Of a stretch of 64,000 bases of DNA, positions 9,613 to 18,296 are shown piece after piece (the stretch's first letter is position 1; each line of letters opens with the position of its first letter). The notes under the pieces are model-generated. The model had not been told where the DNA came from and made no database searches. It was given only the letters and a program-made list of their open reading frames with translations. The translations under genes were made by a program, and so were the position numbers. The stretch comes from Planctomycetota bacterium (GTDB lineage: Bacteria > Planctomycetota > SZUA-567 > H5-PLA8), in assembly GCA_045863855.1 (NCBI GenBank), contig BTVV01000013.1:9294-73293 (forward strand), given 5' to 3'.

Positions 9613-11046
9613 ATGGTACGCAGAAGTCGGAATTGGATCCTGGCCGGTTTCTTGCTGACGTGTTCCATCGCGTTTCGCGCGCACGCGGGCGCGGCCGAAA
9701 CGCCGGCGCCAGTCTTTCAGCCGGTCCCTTTCTCCGCATTGCCGGATTTCTCGAAGGAAGTCGAAGAGCGCGCCACGAAGAAGGGATTGGTGCACAACCA
9801 CGGCTTGGTGGCCACGATCAACTACAAGGAATTCGAAAAACGCAAGCTGAGTATGCAGAAATGGAAGCTCCCGGTTTCGGCGACGGGCTTCAAGGAAGAT
9901 GTGAACGTACAGATCGCGCTGCAGCCGGGCCGGGCGCCGCTGGCGGTGGCCCTGCTGGGTTTTGCGATGAAACCCGACGGTAAGGTCGCGCAGGCTTGGG
10001 CGCACGACCTGCACAACGCCGGCTGCCACGTGCTCACCTTCGATTCGGTTTTTTGCCCCGAATTGAATTGCTGTGTTGGGCACGGCGTGGCGGGACATCT
10101 GCACGCGGAGGCCGAGATCGTTGCCAAGCTGGTCGATGCGGCGCTGATTCAGAAAATCGAAGTCGCGGAACGGTTGCGCGATCGGGTCAGCAGCATTCGG
10201 ATTCTGGGCGGCAGCTACGGCGGCGCGCTGGCGTTGAACGTGCTCAAGTTGCCGCGCGCCCAGGAGTGGCCGGTGGACCGCACGTTGCTGCTTTCGCCTC
10301 CCGTGCGCATGCGCACCGCCGCAAGCACCCTCGACCGTTATTTTCGTGACGACCTGCCGCTCTTTGGCCCGTCACTCATGAAGCTCCTCGACGGGTATAC
10401 GCCCGAGGGCGCTCGGCCCACGCCACGGGAAGAGTCCTTGATGCGGGCCGGAATTGCCTACGACTTCCTCGGCACGCTCACCGAGATCCTCAAGGATAAC
10501 GAGAAGCGTTATCTGCCGGGCACCTTGGCGCAGTTTGCGGAATCCGACTCGAACGCCAATGCCGAGCAGCGCCGCAAGATTGAAGAGGAGATTCTCAAAG
10601 GCCGACATAAGCGCCAAATCGAGGACCTGAAACTTCAGTTCCCCGGCTTCGACAACGACAAGGCGGTGAAGGATGCCTACGAGCAGGCGCGCAAGTACAT
10701 GGAAGACCGCCATAAAGCCGAAAAGGAATCCGTGCGCCGCACCTTGGCCAAACCCGACCACTGGGGCTTTCAAGACTACGTGAATTATCTCTGCGCCCCG
10801 GCTTGGAAAAAGGATGCCGAAGGTATCTGGATCTGTGGAGACTTAGACAAGCACCTCGGCGAAGCGCCACCCTTTGTCCAGGTGGTGATGGCGCAGGACG
10901 ATCCGTTAAACGATCCGGAAGAACTGGCTAACCTGCGTAAGCTGGTTGCCGAGCCCGCGCTGCTGGTGCTGCCTCACGGCGGGCATTTGGGCTACTGCGG
11001 CACGAAGTGGTTCCAGGAACTGATCAAGAAAACCTTCCAGCCGTAA
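9613..11046 (+). CDS. secreted alpha/beta-hydrolase-like protein
   Basis: GAGGAG ribosome-binding site 7 nt before the ATG. Signal peptide (LLTCSIAFRAHAGAA). GxSxG-like ILGGSYGG nucleophile elbow. No precise family. Confidence 0.5.
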   Translation: MVRRSRNWILAGFLLTCSIAFRAHAGAAETPAPVFQPVPFSALPDFSKEVEERATKKGLVHNHGLVATINYKEFEKRKLSMQKWKLPVSATGFKEDVNVQIALQPGRAPLAVALLGFAMKPDGKVAQAWAHDLHNAGCHVLTFDSVFCPELNCCVGHGVAGHLHAEAEIVAKLVDAALIQKIEVAERLRDRVSSIRILGGSYGGALALNVLKLPRAQEWPVDRTLLLSPPVRMRTAASTLDRYFRDDLPLFGPSLMKLLDGYTPEGARPTPREESLMRAGIAYDFLGTLTEILKDNEKRYLPGTLAQFAESDSNANAEQRRKIEEEILKGRHKRQIEDLKLQFPGFDNDKAVKDAYEQARKYMEDRHKAEKESVRRTLAKPDHWGFQDYVNYLCAPAWKKDAEGIWICGDLDKHLGEAPPFVQVVMAQDDPLNDPEELANLRKLVAEPALLVLPHGGHLGYCGTKWFQELIKKTFQP

Positions 11047-11065
11047 CGTGTGTCCGCTGGTATGC

Positions 11066-12958
11066 CTACTCACCAAATGGGTTGGGCGCTTTGTACGACG
11101 CATCCAAAGCCATCAGAATTTCCGTGCTGCGGCGATGCCGGTCGCAAAGCGCGCGGAACGCATCGCGGTCCAGTAATTCATCCACATAAAGTTCGGCGCT
11201 AACCGGAGTTGGGATGCGTGCGTAGCGGCCCTCCCACTGCACGTCCACTTGATCCGTGACATCTTTGCCCGCACGGTCGTAGACCGCGAATCGCGGTTGG
11301 TCCTTGAAGTACACGGCCAGCGTCTGCGCTTCCCAGCCCAGGAAAACCCACACCTTTGTCTTTTTGCGCTGCGTATCGAAGAACACGGGAACCATCATGC
11401 GAGCATCGCACGCGAGGTCGGGATCGTCGGCGCGGGCCGCCCAAGTCTCGAATCGGCCGATCGCGGACTCGAGGGCCGGGGCGTCGAACATCCGATCCAG
11501 ATCCGCTTGCGGGAGTCGCCCCAAGACCTGTGGAAGCGCGAAATCGGCCGCGCGTGGCGCGGGAAGGCCCAACTGCCGTAGCGCCAATCCCGCCGCGCCA
11601 AGATGCAGGTCCATCACTTCCTGCAGTTCGGCAGCCACATCCATCTCGACGGGTCCGGCTGCCGTTAGCCTATGCATCGAACGAAGCGCGTCGTCTCCGA
11701 AGGCTTCTCTGAGTGTACTTCGAACGGCCGCATACCCCAGCACTCGCCGCAAATAGTGCGTAGGCAGCGGCTCGATATCCAGCCGCGGCCGGATGGTGAC
11801 CTTGGGCCGGTCGTTCGGCTCGGGCATGCCGCAGCCCGCCGCGGGAATTTCAAGCTGCTTGATCTGCGTCTCGCGCGCCAGCGCCATGAGGCTCTTGAAT
11901 AGCTTCTCAAGATGCTTCGCGTAACGCGGCGAAGCCTCCGCGCGTTGGTGCTCCGGCAGTCGAGCGTAGGCGACCAGCGGTTCCAGGGACCACGCCACCC
12001 AGTCGTACCAGCCGCCATCCGGCTGCAGCGCCAATTTCCCGTTGCGAACGCGGGCGATCAGTTCGTCGATGAGGCTGAAGCCGTCCGGTATCGGGCGGTT
12101 CCCGTAGAGCTTTTTGACTAAATCCGTCTCATACGCGCGGGACGGCGGCAAGAACCGGTACATCGGAGATTCGGGTGCGAAGCGTCCCGCATCGAGTTGC
12201 CGCAGTAGTCCGCGCAAGTCGGGCGCGTCGGCCGAGAACGGATTGACCAGCCACTCCACCATGCTCAGGTAGCGTTCGTAAGTCGCCCGCACTTCGGGTT
12301 TGGCGTGCAGCGCCCGTGCGAGCGCCTCGACGCCGGCGATCTCCTTCAGGTCGCTCTGCAGCATGCGATCCTGGCGGAAGATCCCGCGCAGTTCGTCGGA
12401 CCACGTATAAAAGGAAATGGGCTTGGAACGAAGTTCGTCGCCGAGGAACTCTTCTTTAACCTGCTCGGAGCGTTCGCGAAGAGGCAGAGGGAGGTCCAGT
12501 CGCTGTCCGCCTAATTGCGCTGCGGCGGCCAGCGTGGCGGTTGTGGGCCCGGCGATTGTATTCAGATCGGAGACGAGTTCGCGCAAGACCCGCGCTTTGC
12601 CCGAAAACGTTCCGCAGCTGCCTTGTGCGGCAAGTTCGACGGCCGCCACTAAGCCGTCGTCGAACTGCTTCGCTTTTTGCGCCAGTTCTGCAGCCGAAAC
12701 GAACCGCTCGGCGCATTCGGACGCTTGAAGCGCTGCCGGGGCTGGGAAAAGCGCGCTAGAACCATATTCAGGCGGCAGGTCGATGCGGAGAGTCTGGGTA
12801 GTGGGATCGATCTGAGCGCGATAGTCATCGGCCTCGGTGCTGCCGCCCGCAGGCAGGCCTGCGCCCGGCGCGAGGGCAGGCGAAGCGCCGAACCAGCCTT
12901 TTATGCGATCCGCCCAAGAAGCCACGCGCCGTTCTCCAGGTAGCTTGGATGGAAGCAT
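11066..12958 (-). CDS. DUF3160-like hypothetical protein
   Basis: 630 aa from ATG 12956-12958 (MLPSKLP). The ORF-track start at 13324 would overlap the cytochrome gene and is an Arg-rich artefact. The FYTWSDEL... region recalls DUF3160; this is tentative. It lies 38 bp downstream of the multiheme cytochrome on the same strand. Confidence 0.45.
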   Translation of the reverse strand: MLPSKLPGERRVASWADRIKGWFGASPALAPGAGLPAGGSTEADDYRAQIDPTTQTLRIDLPPEYGSSALFPAPAALQASECAERFVSAAELAQKAKQFDDGLVAAVELAAQGSCGTFSGKARVLRELVSDLNTIAGPTTATLAAAAQLGGQRLDLPLPLRERSEQVKEEFLGDELRSKPISFYTWSDELRGIFRQDRMLQSDLKEIAGVEALARALHAKPEVRATYERYLSMVEWLVNPFSADAPDLRGLLRQLDAGRFAPESPMYRFLPPSRAYETDLVKKLYGNRPIPDGFSLIDELIARVRNGKLALQPDGGWYDWVAWSLEPLVAYARLPEHQRAEASPRYAKHLEKLFKSLMALARETQIKQLEIPAAGCGMPEPNDRPKVTIRPRLDIEPLPTHYLRRVLGYAAVRSTLREAFGDDALRSMHRLTAAGPVEMDVAAELQEVMDLHLGAAGLALRQLGLPAPRAADFALPQVLGRLPQADLDRMFDAPALESAIGRFETWAARADDPDLACDARMMVPVFFDTQRKKTKVWVFLGWEAQTLAVYFKDQPRFAVYDRAGKDVTDQVDVQWEGRYARIPTPVSAELYVDELLDRDAFRALCDRHRRSTEILMALDASYKAPNPFGE

Positions 12959-12996
12959 GCTACCAGCGGGGCAGTCCGATGGAAGACGGGTGGCCG

Positions 12997-14640
12997 CTAC
13001 TTTTTCTCCGCGCCGCCTTGGCCGTAGCGCTCCTGCATGGCTTTGCGAATCGCCTCCGTCTGGCCTTCGGCGCCCTCTTTGAACCACTTGTGCTCGGGTC
13101 GCGCCAGCAAGGAGTCGATCACTTCGTTGACGGCTTTGGCTTGATCCGCCTTCCCGTGTTCGGCGGCGTGCTTGGTGATCTCGCGCGCCTGCGGAATCAG
13201 GTGGATGTAAAAGCGTTCGGCTACTTCGAACATGCCGTGCCAGTGTGTGTAGTCCGGCGCCATCATAGAGGCGCCGTGACGCGCTCGCCGGCCTTCGTGA
13301 TGCCACAAGTAAAACCAGGTCCACTCGATCTCTTCGTCGAAGTCCGTCTTTGTACGCAAGCCTTGCTTGAGCAGTTCATTCATGATCTGCATGCCGGGCT
13401 TGGCGAACTTCTCGTTGTAGAGCACGACCAAGTCATCGTACTGCTTATAGAAACCGTTGATGTAATCCGAGGTATGGCAGTGGCTGCAGCCGTTCTTCAT
13501 GCGCTGGCGCTTCTGGTCGGCCGTATCGGCGATGAGTTTCTTGCGCTCCTCTGGATCCGTCGATGTCACGATCTGGTGGTTGGCGTCGGTATCCATGCGC
13601 AAGCTGATGGGCGGACGATTGGTCCACGAAATGCGCTCGCCCGGATCGTGCGTGGCCGGCTCGCGCGTATTGGCGGACATGTGGCACGTCGCGCACGTCG
13701 GCGCGGCGTTGTAGTCTTTGCCCAGAACCCAGGAATCCGCGTCGAGGTTCATTTGCTCGCGCAGGTCGCGGTAGGCCACGCCGTGTTTGGACTCCTCGTA
13801 GATCTCTTTTTGAGGGTGATCCGGCCCCAGGTGGCACTTGCCGCAATTCTCGGGCTGCCTGGCGCGCCGCGGCGAGAAATCGTGACGGCTGTGGCATGCG
13901 CTGCACGAACCGCGGCTGCCGTCCACATTGAGCCGTCCGATACCCGTATTGGGCCAAGTGGAGGCATGGAAAAGCGGTTTGCCGTCATCGTTCTTAACGA
14001 TCTTCGCCATGGCTTCGTGGTTGGTCGGCTTACCGTCGGGTCCGGGTTTCAGATCGTCGACATTGATCATCCCGCCATCGGAACTTTGAAACGCCACTTT
14101 GCTGCCGTGGCACTGCTGGCATCCGCTGAAGGCGCTCGCCATGCCGTTTACCGAAGTCACGTCGAACCCCGGCGTGGGCCCGTGCGGATTAAAGGTCGCG
14201 CGGTGGCCTTCGACGGTCTCGGCGAGGAAGTTATCGAGCGACGCAAGAATATTCCCGCCCTTGGAATGATGACTATGCGCGAATTCCAGCGCTTCCTTCT
14301 GATGGCATTTACCGCAGTCGCGCGGCGTGACAACCGTGGCAAGCGTCTGGCCGAAATGCGCGAACGCGTCGGCATCGCCGGATTCCGCCTGGTGGCATTC
14401 CACGCAGCCGACACCTTTGCGTGCATGGGTGCTGCCTTCCCAGTGAGCCACGATGCCCGGCTGGGCTTGCTTATGGCAATCGACGCAGGTTTGTGACGAG
14501 GCCGGAATCGCGATGTGCGGCTTAGCCAGCCCCGCTTCCTCTTGCTTGCGCACGACTTCCATCCATTGAACGAAGATCAGCGAAACCAGGAACAGAATGC
14601 CCAGGATCCCGATGATCGAGCGCTTGGTGGTCAGTTGCAT
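12997..14640 (-). CDS. membrane-anchored multiheme c-type cytochrome (8 CxxCH motifs)
   Basis: N-terminal TM helix. Heme motifs: CVDCH, CVECH, CGKCH, CQQCH, CSACH, CGKCH, CATCH, CSHCH. Lies directly downstream of cytochrome b. Confidence 0.85.
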   Translation of the reverse strand: MQLTTKRSIIGILGILFLVSLIFVQWMEVVRKQEEAGLAKPHIAIPASSQTCVDCHKQAQPGIVAHWEGSTHARKGVGCVECHQAESGDADAFAHFGQTLATVVTPRDCGKCHQKEALEFAHSHHSKGGNILASLDNFLAETVEGHRATFNPHGPTPGFDVTSVNGMASAFSGCQQCHGSKVAFQSSDGGMINVDDLKPGPDGKPTNHEAMAKIVKNDDGKPLFHASTWPNTGIGRLNVDGSRGSCSACHSRHDFSPRRARQPENCGKCHLGPDHPQKEIYEESKHGVAYRDLREQMNLDADSWVLGKDYNAAPTCATCHMSANTREPATHDPGERISWTNRPPISLRMDTDANHQIVTSTDPEERKKLIADTADQKRQRMKNGCSHCHTSDYINGFYKQYDDLVVLYNEKFAKPGMQIMNELLKQGLRTKTDFDEEIEWTWFYLWHHEGRRARHGASMMAPDYTHWHGMFEVAERFYIHLIPQAREITKHAAEHGKADQAKAVNEVIDSLLARPEHKWFKEGAEGQTEAIRKAMQERYGQGGAEKK

Positions 14641-14658
14641 GAAAAGTGACTCCCTGAA

Positions 14659-15708
14659 TTAGTGCGCAACGGCGCCTTCCCATACGGTTAGCCCCACGAT
14701 GGCCAGCACGGCCACGACACCTACCCACACGCTGAATTCCGACTTCGGCCAGAAACGCCGAATCCAACCGTCCAGCAGCGGCCACATGAACATCGTGAAG
14801 AGGATAAAGCCCATGCTCAGCACCGCGGCGGTGCCCGGGAAAAGTTTCAGCCAGCGGAACGTAACGTAGAAAAACCATTCAGGTTTGATCACTTCGGGCG
14901 TGATGAGCGGATCGGCTTTAGGTCCCAGCTCGGCAGGAAAAACCGTAGCCAGAACGCTCAGCACAATCATCAGCACTAAGCCGATCATCAGCTCGGTATA
15001 CAGATGGTCGGGAAAGAAATTGAAATGCTTGGGCTCGTTCGGCTTCTCGTCCTCAAATTGGAACTCCGTCACGCCCTGCAGGCGGAGCAAGGTGATATGT
15101 ACGCCCAAGAGTCCGACGATCGCCACCGGTAGAGCCGCGGCATGCAGGATGAAGAAGCGTGGCAGGGTCTGCTGATTGTAAACCTCCCCGGCCAACAGGA
15201 GGCGTTTCATCAACGGACCGATCAGCGGGACCGTTTCGTTGATGTTCGCGCCGACGGTCGCGCCCCAGTAGCTGAGTTGTTCGTAGACGAGGCTGTAGCC
15301 GGTGAATCCCGTCATCAAGGTGCAGACGAGCAGGCACATGCCCACCATCCAGTTTAATTCGCGTGGCTTGCGGTAAGCGCCGGTGAAAAAGACGCGCATC
15401 TGATGCAGGATCACCGCCGCGATCATCAGCGTCGCGGCCCATTTGTGAATGCTTCGGATATACCAGCCAAAGGCAACCTCGTGCGTGATATGGCGAACGG
15501 ACTCATAGGCCCGGTCGGGCGACGATTCGTAATACAAGGCCAGCAGGATACCGGTGACGATCTGGACCACGAAGAGGTAAGCGGGTGTTCCGCCCAAGCA
15601 AAACCACCAGCGCCTCAAGTGATTCGGCACCGGCTCGTTGGTCATTTCACGGAGCTGTTCGCCGCGGATTGGGATACGCTCTTTGAACCAAGCGTTTATG
15701 CCGAACAT
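14659..15708 (-). CDS. cytochrome b (bc-complex subunit, b6-type with C-terminal extension)
   Basis: Polytopic. Conserved heme-ligand histidines sit in helices (HITHEVAFGWYIRSIHKW..., ...LHQMRVFFTG). Typical PEWY-like region (PEWFFY). Confidence 0.85.
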   Translation of the reverse strand: MFGINAWFKERIPIRGEQLREMTNEPVPNHLRRWWFCLGGTPAYLFVVQIVTGILLALYYESSPDRAYESVRHITHEVAFGWYIRSIHKWAATLMIAAVILHQMRVFFTGAYRKPRELNWMVGMCLLVCTLMTGFTGYSLVYEQLSYWGATVGANINETVPLIGPLMKRLLLAGEVYNQQTLPRFFILHAAALPVAIVGLLGVHITLLRLQGVTEFQFEDEKPNEPKHFNFFPDHLYTELMIGLVLMIVLSVLATVFPAELGPKADPLITPEVIKPEWFFYVTFRWLKLFPGTAAVLSMGFILFTMFMWPLLDGWIRRFWPKSEFSVWVGVVAVLAIVGLTVWEGAVAH

Positions 15709-15709
15709 G

Positions 15710-16282
15710 TCAGGATAACTCCTGGGGGCCGGCCACTTCGCTTGCCGACAGGCCTTCTAGTTCCACTTCGATGAATAGCAGTCCGTTCTCTATAAGGAGC
15801 GGATAGCGCCCCAATGACTGTCCTTTGGGCGGGCCTTCGGTACCCAGTCCGGACGGGTTGAAGACGCCATTGTGGCAGGGACAATAGAAGCGGTCGTTTT
15901 GAGCTTACCAGTGAACCTTGCAGCCCAGATGAGGACAGACGCTGGAAAGCGCGATGAAATCCTCGACGGAGCCCTGCGCCTGCTGGCGGGCGATCGTCAC
16001 GCCGGCGCCGGTTGGCGTGCGGAATTCCTTGGCGCTGCCCATCGGAAAATCTTGTACGGTGGATACGAACATCCATCCTTTTGCGGTAGCACCTGACGGA
16101 TAAAGGTAACGGGCAGCGAACGACGCGAAGGTTCCATAGCCGGCGACCAATCCGCCAGCCATGGCTAAGGCCGAAAGCTTGGCCAGAAAGTCTCGGCGCT
16201 CTGGTGCTTCAGGCTCTGCGTTCGAGTGAGAGGTCGTATTCACGTGATGGGCTATGCTCCAGCTCATGGCATCGGAAGGCAT
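15710..16282 (-). pseudogene. Rieske [2Fe-2S] protein interrupted by in-frame TAA (15905-15907) between cluster-binding boxes
   Basis: The N-terminal part has a Tat signal (RRDFLAKL) and box I CPHLGC, then TAA. The same frame continues AQNDRFYCPCHNGVF (box II) to TGA 15710-15712, 1 nt from the cytochrome b ATG. Spacing between the boxes matches intact Rieske proteins. Confidence 0.7.
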
Positions 16283-16507
16283 TCTTGCTAAGAGGACCTA
16301 TATGTCTACTATAAAAGTCGGATTTTCACCATGCCGCTCATATTTGGACACCAGAGGGTCGATTTTGTGGTGCCTTCGTTCGAATGCCGCAGCATCGGGA
16401 ACGTGTGCATACGAGTGAATCTGGAGCACATTTCGTTCAGGTTCGACTTCAATGCACTCGAACTCATAAAGGGGGGGCTATTCTCACGCCCAAATTCAGT
16501 CAATCGA
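16283..16507 (-). promoter_or_regulatory. AT-richer intergenic region upstream of the Rieske/cyt b/cyt c operon (putative promoter) and downstream of photolyase
   Basis: Marked local GC drop. The only ORFs here are short and low-complexity. It is positioned 5' of the first gene of the bc operon. Confidence 0.3.
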
Positions 16508-17956
16508 TCATATTCGCGTCAACGCGGCAAAGGCAGCCAGTGCTGCATCGCGCGCGTTCGCGTGATCGACTAGCGGGTGCGGGTAGGTCATGCCTAAATG
16601 CACGCCGGCCGCGCTTCGTTCCAGTCCCGGGCATTCCCAAGGACGATGTACATATCGATCGGGAAGCGACTTCAATTCGGGCGCCCAGCGCCGCACGTAT
16701 TGACCCTGAGGATCAAACTTCTCGCCTTGGCTGACCGGATTGAAGATGCGGAAAAACGGAGCCGCGTCCGCGCCGCAGCCGGCCGTCCATTGCCAGCCAA
16801 GCGTATTGTTGGCCAGATCCGCATCGACCAGTGTATCCCAAAACCAGCGCGCTCCTTCGCGCCAGGAAATCAGCAGGTCTTTCACCAGGAACGAGGCCAC
16901 GATCATGCGTACGCGATTGTGCATCCAGCCGGTGTGCCAGAGTTCGCGCAGCCCCGCGTCTACGATCGGAAATCCAGTCGCTCCGCGCTGCCACGCGTCC
17001 AAGGCAGGCCGATTCCTGCGCCAAGGGAAGGATTGGAAGGATGCTCGCAAGGGTTTGTGCGGCGTGTGCGGAAAATGGAACAGCAGATGATGCGCGAACT
17101 CGCGCCAGCCGATCTCGCGCAAGTACGTCTCCTCGGCGCGCACCCAGCCACCGCCGGAAGTTCGCTCCGCCGAAGCCCGCACCGCGTGCCAGACCTCGCG
17201 TGGGCCGATCTCGCCAAAATGCAGGTGCGGCGAAAGCCGCGAGGTCCCTGCTTGATCGGGCCGGTCGCGGCCGGCAGGATAATCCGCGAGGATGCCAGTC
17301 GTAAATCGCTTGAGGGCCGTTCGTGCACCTTTTGCGCCGGGGGTCCAATGCGCGTGAAAGCCGTCCGCCCAATCCCGGCTTGGCAGAAGCCCCAGCGAGT
17401 CCAGGGATACGCTTTGCGGCCAGCGGCTGGGAGCGGGCAGCGTACGCGGGCGCGCCAGCGGCTCCGGCGGCTCAGGTAGTTTCAAGCAGGCTTTCCAGAA
17501 CGGGGTGAAGACCTGATAGGGCGCCCCGCCGCCCGTTTGCACCGTCCAGGGCTCGAAAAGCAGCGCCGCGTTATGGCTTTCAGCCTCCCAGCCTTCTGAT
17601 TTGAGCGCGCGCTTGAGCTTCGCATCGCGCCGAATCGCCGCAGGCTCATAACGCCGGTTCCAATACACCGCATGCGCGCCGGTGGCTTGCGCCACCGAAC
17701 GTAGTTCGGCCAAACTTTCGCCGCGCCGAAGGATCAGGCGGGAGCCCTGCTTGGCCAGTTCGGCGTGCAGCGCCGCCAAGGAATGATGCAGCCACCATCT
17801 GCTGGCGGCTCCGGGCGCCCACGGTGCTTCCTCTTCGGGCGCCCAGATGTATACCGGCACGATAGGACCGCCGCGAGCCAACGCCGCACGCAATGCAGGC
17901 TGGTCGTCGAGTCGCAGATCCTGGCGAAACCAAACTAGGGTGGGCGATGCGGGCAT
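16508..17956 (-). CDS. phr: deoxyribodipyrimidine photolyase / cryptochrome family
   Basis: N-terminal photolyase domain (LVWFRQDLRLDDQPAL) and FAD-binding domain (TGFPIVDAGLRELWHTGWMHNRVRMIVASFLVKDL, WQWTAG). Confidence 0.85.
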   Translation of the reverse strand: MPASPTLVWFRQDLRLDDQPALRAALARGGPIVPVYIWAPEEEAPWAPGAASRWWLHHSLAALHAELAKQGSRLILRRGESLAELRSVAQATGAHAVYWNRRYEPAAIRRDAKLKRALKSEGWEAESHNAALLFEPWTVQTGGGAPYQVFTPFWKACLKLPEPPEPLARPRTLPAPSRWPQSVSLDSLGLLPSRDWADGFHAHWTPGAKGARTALKRFTTGILADYPAGRDRPDQAGTSRLSPHLHFGEIGPREVWHAVRASAERTSGGGWVRAEETYLREIGWREFAHHLLFHFPHTPHKPLRASFQSFPWRRNRPALDAWQRGATGFPIVDAGLRELWHTGWMHNRVRMIVASFLVKDLLISWREGARWFWDTLVDADLANNTLGWQWTAGCGADAAPFFRIFNPVSQGEKFDPQGQYVRRWAPELKSLPDRYVHRPWECPGLERSAAGVHLGMTYPHPLVDHANARDAALAAFAALTRI

Positions 17957-18296
17957 CGATCGGCTTTCGAATGGTCAGGCGGTAAATCCTCTGCGCCTGT
18001 TGAACCTTGGGGTAGCCGCTGAAAGTAGGGTGCATCTTACCGGCCTCGGCGTCACACGCCAATGGCCACCCTCAAGTTTGACAGAAGGCCTCGCCGAGGG
18101 GTATGAATAATTCGCCTTGGGAGGACGTTCCGATGTACGCATGCTTTTCGATGTGACCGCCCCGCTTGCCTCCATCGCGCCATCCGGCGCGCCGGCTGTC
18201 CTGTTTTGAAATCAGAGTATATCGCCGCACCTGAGGTTGGCGCATTCGCGCGAGCCGGTACGATGCTTATACGGACTTAAAGCAAGGAGTCTTACC

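Noticed and set aside
15710-16282. Alternative genetic code (TAA reassigned) as the explanation for the Rieske internal stop
   Set aside because: TAA terminates pyc, and TAG/TGA terminate the other genes normally. Global reassignment is not supported.
16309-16573. Small ORFs (64 and 80 aa) in the AT-rich region upstream of the Rieske gene
   Set aside because: They are low-complexity, have no ribosome-binding site context and lie in the likely promoter region of the bc operon.
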